A DNA stretch of 32,000 nucleotides, taken from contig NZ_LN831024.1 of assembly GCF_001457615.1 (NCBI RefSeq), forward strand, positions 1,110,001-1,142,000. Reading direction: 5' to 3'. The translations under genes and the position numbers were made by a program. The notes beneath the pieces are model-generated. The model did no database searches. It was not told the DNA's origin and saw only the letters and a program-made list of their open reading frames with translations. Shown here piece after piece: positions 27,917-32,000 of the stretch. Each line of letters begins with the position of its first letter. The stretch's first letter is position 1. Source of the DNA: Pseudomonas aeruginosa. GTDB taxonomy: Bacteria; Pseudomonadota; Gammaproteobacteria; Pseudomonadales; Pseudomonadaceae.

Positions 27917-28747
27917 TCAGAGGCGCGTGTCGAGACCGAAGCGCTTCTTCAGCAGCCGCTCCAGCAGGCCGCGCGGTAGCCAGCGGGCCAGCGCCGGCAG
28001 GGCCCGGCTGCCATTGCCGATGCGCACCAGCGGCGGGCGCGGACGGCGCTGCACGGCGGCTAGCAACTGGCGGGCGAAGTCTTCGGCGGACGTGGGATTG
28101 TCCTGGGATGCCGCGGCGCGCGCCTGGATCTGCCGGCGCAACGGCCACCAGGGCGAGCGTTCGTCGACCACGCTGTCCAGCTCGCGGCTGGCGCTGGCGC
28201 CGAAGTTCGAGGCGATGGCGCCCGGCTGCACTTCCAGCACCTCGACGCCGAACGGTGCCAGCTCCAGGCGCAGGGCATCGCTCAGCGCATGCACCGCGGC
28301 CTTGGAGGCGCAGTAGGCGCCGGCGAAGGGCGTGACCAGCACGCCGGAGACGCTGCCGACGTTCACCACCAGGCCGGACTTGCGCCTCAGTAGCGGGAAC
28401 AGCGCGCGGGTCACGCCGACCACGGCGAACACGTTGGTCTCGAACTGCCGGCGCATGGCTTCGACGCCGCCGTCCAGCAGCGGACCCATGGCGCCGTAGC
28501 CGGCGTTGTTGACCAGCACGTCGAGGCCGGCGGCTTCGACTCCCAGTTCCTCGGCCAGACGGGCCAGCGCGGCGGCGTCGTTGACGTCCAGTTGCACCGC
28601 CTGGAAGCCGGCCTCGGCCAGGGCACGCACGTCGTCCTCCTTGCGCGCGCTGGCCCAGACCCGGTAGCCGGCGCGCTGGAAGGCGTCGGCGAGGGCGCGG
28701 CCGATGCCGCTGGAGCAGCCGGTGACGAAGGCGACGGGTTGGCTCAT
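27917..28747 (-). CDS. Short-chain dehydrogenase/reductase (classical SDR)
   Basis: 276 aa. TGCSSGIGRA, NNAG, and the catalytic YCASKAA motif. Confidence 0.9.
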   Translation of the reverse strand: MSQPVAFVTGCSSGIGRALADAFQRAGYRVWASARKEDDVRALAEAGFQAVQLDVNDAAALARLAEELGVEAAGLDVLVNNAGYGAMGPLLDGGVEAMRRQFETNVFAVVGVTRALFPLLRRKSGLVVNVGSVSGVLVTPFAGAYCASKAAVHALSDALRLELAPFGVEVLEVQPGAIASNFGASASRELDSVVDERSPWWPLRRQIQARAAASQDNPTSAEDFARQLLAAVQRRPRPPLVRIGNGSRALPALARWLPRGLLERLLKKRFGLDTRL

Positions 28748-28833
28748 GGGCAGCGTTCCTTGGCTGGGAGTTGGAAGGAGGGCGGCCTACCGTACTGGAT
28801 TCGCCGGCCGCGGAAAACCGCTCGAAGGCTCGG

Positions 28834-29583
28834 TCAGGCGTCCTTGCGCGCGATCCGTAGCGCCAGCGGCATGCGAACCCTGCGTGTCGAGGTCGGCTCG
28901 CCCCAGAGCGCGGCGACCCGTTGCAGGGCCTGGCGCACGAAAGCGTTGCCCTGCGCCTCGCGGCACAGGCGGCTGGCCGACCAGGTGGCCATGTAGTCGA
29001 ACAACCGGGCCAGGCTCCATTGTTGCTCGATGACGAAGGCCGGCGCGGGGAGTTCGCCCAGCGGCAGCTCGACATCCCGGTAGGCGTTCCACAGCAGGCG
29101 GTTCTGTTGCGCCCAGTACGGGCCGATCGGGCGCAGGTATTCCTCGTCGATGGCGGCATCGATCTCCGCGTCGATGCTGAACCAGCCGTAGCCCCAGGCG
29201 GCGAACACGCCGCCGGGACGCAGCACGCGCAGCAGCTCGCGGTTGAAGCGCGAATGGTCGAACCAGTGCCAGGCCTGGGCTACGCAGACCAGGTCGAAGG
29301 CGGCGTCGGGATAGTCGGTGGCTTCGGCGTCCTGCACGCTGTAGCGGATACCCGGATGGACAACGGCGTGTTCGATCTGCTGCGTGCTGGTGTCGCTGGC
29401 GAGGACTTCGCCGAAGTACTGCGCCAGGCCGAGCGCGGCCTGGCCGGTACCGGTGGCGCAGTCCCAGGCGCGCCGGCGCTGGCCGCAGAGCCCGGCGAGA
29501 TGGCGGTAGAGCGCATCGGGATAACGCGGGCGGGCGCTGGCGTAGGCAGCGGAGCCCTGGTCGAACAGACGGCGGGTTTCCAT
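28834..29583 (-). CDS. Class I SAM-dependent methyltransferase
   Basis: 249 aa. ATG 29583 preceded by GGGAGGA. Motif I WDCATGTGQAA and the post-I/II block LRPGGVFAAW. Confidence 0.85.
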   Translation of the reverse strand: METRRLFDQGSAAYASARPRYPDALYRHLAGLCGQRRRAWDCATGTGQAALGLAQYFGEVLASDTSTQQIEHAVVHPGIRYSVQDAEATDYPDAAFDLVCVAQAWHWFDHSRFNRELLRVLRPGGVFAAWGYGWFSIDAEIDAAIDEEYLRPIGPYWAQQNRLLWNAYRDVELPLGELPAPAFVIEQQWSLARLFDYMATWSASRLCREAQGNAFVRQALQRVAALWGEPTSTRRVRMPLALRIARKDA

Positions 29584-29598
29584 CGGGTCCTCCCTCGG

Positions 29599-30063
29599 TC
29601 AGTTGCCGAAACGCCCGTCCAGGCGTTCGGCGCGGAATTCCAGGGTGCTGGCGCGATAGCCCGGACGCAGCGGCGGCAGCGGCAGGCAATCGTGCCAGCT
29701 GTCGCCGCCGAGCAGGGCGTTCGGCGCCCGGTAGCGCGGGCTGTCGAAGCTGGTGTCGGCCAGGTTGACGCTGTCGCCGGGGCGGTAGGCGGCGATCCTC
29801 CAGCGTAGCTCCAGCAACGGACGGTCGCTGCCGTTCTTCAGTTCGACCGCCAGCGGCCGGTCCACCGGACAGCGTTCCGGCGCATAGCTCAGGCGCAGTT
29901 CCTGGCGTTGCAGGTGGCGGCTTTCGTCGTTGTCCTGCCAGATCACCCAGGCCGCCACCAGGCCCAGCCCGGCGAGAGCCGCCAGGGAGACCGGCAGGGC
30001 CTTGGCCGGGTATCGGACGAGGAGGATGACCCAGGTGAGAACCAGCAGCGCACCGATCAGCAT
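29599..30063 (-). CDS. Hypothetical protein with two N-terminal TM helices and a soluble C-terminal domain
   Basis: I prefer ATG 30063 (AAGGA 7 nt upstream) over the track start 30096. The stop is 15 nt before the methyltransferase start. Confidence 0.6.
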   Translation of the reverse strand: MLIGALLVLTWVILLVRYPAKALPVSLAALAGLGLVAAWVIWQDNDESRHLQRQELRLSYAPERCPVDRPLAVELKNGSDRPLLELRWRIAAYRPGDSVNLADTSFDSPRYRAPNALLGGDSWHDCLPLPPLRPGYRASTLEFRAERLDGRFGN

Positions 30064-30234
30064 TGAAATGTCCTTTCTTCGAAGCCGAGGGGACATCCTA
30101 GCGCACTGCTGCGTATCGCAGGCGGTACGGGCACGCTTACGCGGCGGAGGCGCCGCGATATGCGCAAGGGAGGCCGAAAGTCGGGGATGCGGGTTTCGGC
30201 AGGCTGGGGATAGCCGCCGCCCCCGGCCGCGCCG

Positions 30235-30630
30235 TCATTCGCAGCGGCGCTTGCCGCCCGGCGTCAGCAGACGCTCCAGCTCGACGAACAGGCGCTCGGC
30301 GTCCTGCGCCTCGCAGTCCTCGCCGTAGCGCTTCTTCAGGCCGTGTTCGCTGAGGGTCAGGTGCAGGGTTGGGACTACCTCGTGGCGCGCCAGGCAGCCT
30401 TTCACGCAATGCAGCGGGCAACCGTCGAGGGCCAGGATCGGTCGCCCGGAGCGGGCCCGGCGGACCAGCAGCGGGACGTCGCCGCCGACTCCGGCGATGC
30501 AGGACATCTCCGCCAGCCGGGCGCGATCCAGGCGCAGCGCGAGATCGTTGGCCAGTTGCGCCACGTTGGAGCAGCCGGAGCAGGCGTAGACCAGGGGAAG
30601 GGGATCGTCGGGGCTGCGTTCGAACATCAT
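30235..30630 (-). CDS. DGC-domain, Cys-rich (putative metal-binding) protein
   Basis: 131 aa. YACSGCSN...ALDGCPLHCVKGC matches my memory of the DGC domain pattern. Confidence 0.7.
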   Translation of the reverse strand: MMFERSPDDPLPLVYACSGCSNVAQLANDLALRLDRARLAEMSCIAGVGGDVPLLVRRARSGRPILALDGCPLHCVKGCLARHEVVPTLHLTLSEHGLKKRYGEDCEAQDAERLFVELERLLTPGGKRRCE

Positions 30631-30714
30631 GACGGGCGCCTCGTGGAAGGAAGCCGCCAGTATCGACGCAGCGCCGCGGTGGATTTCTTGACCGGAATCA
30701 AGCCCGCGCGCGGC

Positions 30715-31374
30715 TCACACCAGGTCGTTCTCCACCGCCCACACCGCGGCCTCGACCCGCGAACGCATGCCGAGCTTGTGCAGCACCCGCTTGACATGGA
30801 CCTTCACCGTGCCTTCGGTGATGTCCAGCTTTCGCGCGATCATCTTGTTGCTGTAGCCGTGGGCGATCTGGCGGAGGATCTGCCGTTCGCGCTCGGTCAG
30901 CTCGTCGAGGCTCTTCGAGCGGTCGTCGCCCCGCAGGGCCTGGGCGAGGATCTGGGTCAACTGCGGGCTGAGGGTCATCTGTCCGGTGGCGGCCTGGCGG
31001 ATGTGCTCGAGCAGGCGCTCCGGCTCCATGTCCTTGAGCAGGTAGCCGTCGGCGCCGGCGCGCAGGACGTTGACCACGTCGCCCTTGTCGTCGGACACGG
31101 TGAACACCACGATGCGCGCGTCGACTCCGGCCTCGCGCAACGCGCGCAGGGTATCCAGGCCGTTCATGCCCTTCATGTTCAGGTCCAGCAGGATCATGTC
31201 CGGGTCCAGCTCGGCGGCCAGGCGCAGGGCTTCCTCGCCGCTGCCGGCCTCGCCGACCACGCTGAGGTCGTCTTCCAGTTCGAGCAACTGGGCGACGCCC
31301 TTGCGCATCATCGGATGGTCGTCCACCAGCAGCAGGCGAACCGGCTCGTCGGCGGTGGCTGGCATGTCCGTCAT
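30715..31374 (-). CDS. narL: Nitrate/nitrite response regulator (NarL/FixJ family)
   Basis: 219 aa. Receiver domain LLLVDDHP...ILLDLNM. LuxR-type [39 protein letters not shown]. The start overlaps the narX stop as ATGA. Confidence 0.93.
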   Translation of the reverse strand: MTDMPATADEPVRLLLVDDHPMMRKGVAQLLELEDDLSVVGEAGSGEEALRLAAELDPDMILLDLNMKGMNGLDTLRALREAGVDARIVVFTVSDDKGDVVNVLRAGADGYLLKDMEPERLLEHIRQAATGQMTLSPQLTQILAQALRGDDRSKSLDELTERERQILRQIAHGYSNKMIARKLDITEGTVKVHVKRVLHKLGMRSRVEAAVWAVENDLV

Positions 31375-32000
31375 GGGGTCGGCTCCTTGGCGGCGGAGGG
31401 TTGCAGGGCGGTCGGCACGAAGCTGAAGAGCACTCGCGTGCCGTGGGGCGCGCGCGCTTCGAAGCGCAACTGGCTGCCGAGGGTCTGGCCGCGCTCCTGC
31501 ATGATGGTAAGCCCATAATGGCCGCTACGGTTCTGCTGCGGATCAAAGCCGACGCCATCGTCCTCGACGGCGATGCTCACCTGGCCGTCGGCCTGGCTGC
31601 TCAGGCGCACCCAGGCCCGTTGCGCCTGCGAATGGCGAACCACGTTGGAGAGCGCCTCGCGGACGATCTGCAGGACGTGGATTTCCTCGTTGGGGCTCAG
31701 CGGCACGTGTTGCAGGCGGTTGTCCAGTTCGATCGTCACCTCGCCGCGCTCGCCGAACTCGGCCACGGCGTTCCCCAGCGCGGCTTCCAGGCTCGGCTCG
31801 TCGAGGCTGAGGCGGAAGGTGGTGAGCAGTTCGCGCAGTTGCCGGTAGGCGCCGTTGAGGCCTTCGCGCAGTTCGTCGAGGGTGTCCTCGATCTTCTCCG
31901 CCGGCGCCTCGCGCTTGAGCAGGGTGCCCAGGCGGCTGACCTGGATCTTCAGGTAGGACAGCGACTGTGCCAGCGAGTCGTGCAGTTCGCGGGCGATGGT
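31371..32000 (-). CDS. narX: Nitrate/nitrite sensor histidine kinase, C-terminal part; the 5' end lies beyond the window
   Basis: The frame is open to nt 32000. H-box [18 protein letters not shown]-box [16 protein letters not shown]-boxes EDDGVGF and [12 protein letters not shown]. The track shows only the piece from an internal Met. Confidence 0.9.
   Translation of the reverse strand, partial: TIARELHDSLAQSLSYLKIQVSRLGTLLKREAPAEKIEDTLDELREGLNGAYRQLRELLTTFRLSLDEPSLEAALGNAVAEFGERGEVTIELDNRLQHVPLSPNEEIHVLQIVREALSNVVRHSQAQRAWVRLSSQADGQVSIAVEDDGVGFDPQQNRSGHYGLTIMQERGQTLGSQLRFEARAPHGTRVLFSFVPTALQPSAAKEPTP

Noticed and set aside
27897-29159. Upstream 421 codons of track ORF 27510-29159, and ORFs 28787-29689 (-), 28921-29808 (+) and 27273-28316 (+)
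   Set aside because: They run through the SDR and methyltransferase genes in the wrong frames. Only the last 128 codons (27510-27896) behave like a gene, with an RBS and hydrophobic TM pattern.
30343-31558. ORFs 30343-31518 (+) and 30698-31558 (-)
   Set aside because: They are shadows of the DGC-protein gene, narL and narX.

Overview
High-GC chromosomal DNA (visually about 65% GC or more). Gene content and order match what I remember of Pseudomonas aeruginosa PAO1 PA3909 down to PA3878, with the window reverse-complemented relative to PA numbering. That match comes from memory and protein motifs, not from a search. I support about 31 protein-coding genes and saw no rRNA, tRNA, CRISPR array, transposase or integrase. 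Left to right: the 3' part of an EEP-fold extracellular nuclease (eddB-like); a five-gene orphan type VI secretion cargo module on the minus strand (PAAR, DUF4123 chaperone, small co-chaperone, restriction-endonuclease-fold toxin, immunity); prfC; the lysozyme inhibitor Ivy (CKPHDC motif); the Fur-controlled fecI-fecR-fecA signalling unit; an AraC regulator divergent from an EamA/DMT permease; a 2-hydroxyacid dehydrogenase; a LysR regulator divergent from a four-gene FUSC-type efflux operon (OMF lipoprotein, FUSC, DUF1656, HlyD-type MFP); an OpuC-type osmoprotectant ABC transporter divergent from nhaP; a HAD hydrolase plus a tiny 3-TM protein; the periplasmic tyrosine phosphatase tpbA; a run of small metabolic and hypothetical genes (membrane protein, SDR, methyltransferase, membrane-anchored protein, DGC-domain protein); and narL with the 3' part of narX. 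The most interesting region is the T6SS module at 1520-4312. To my knowledge it corresponds to the described PAAR4-TecT-co-TecT-TseT-TsiT locus, so it is probably not new. However, in this sequence the toxin gene's translationally coupled start (ATG 3020) is in a different reading frame from its nuclease domain, and the frame switch maps to a G4/C4 run near 2890-2900. Many long ORFs in the supplied track are antisense or out-of-frame artefacts of high GC and were rejected. The track also counts GTG and TTG as Met, so several starts were re-evaluated by hand.
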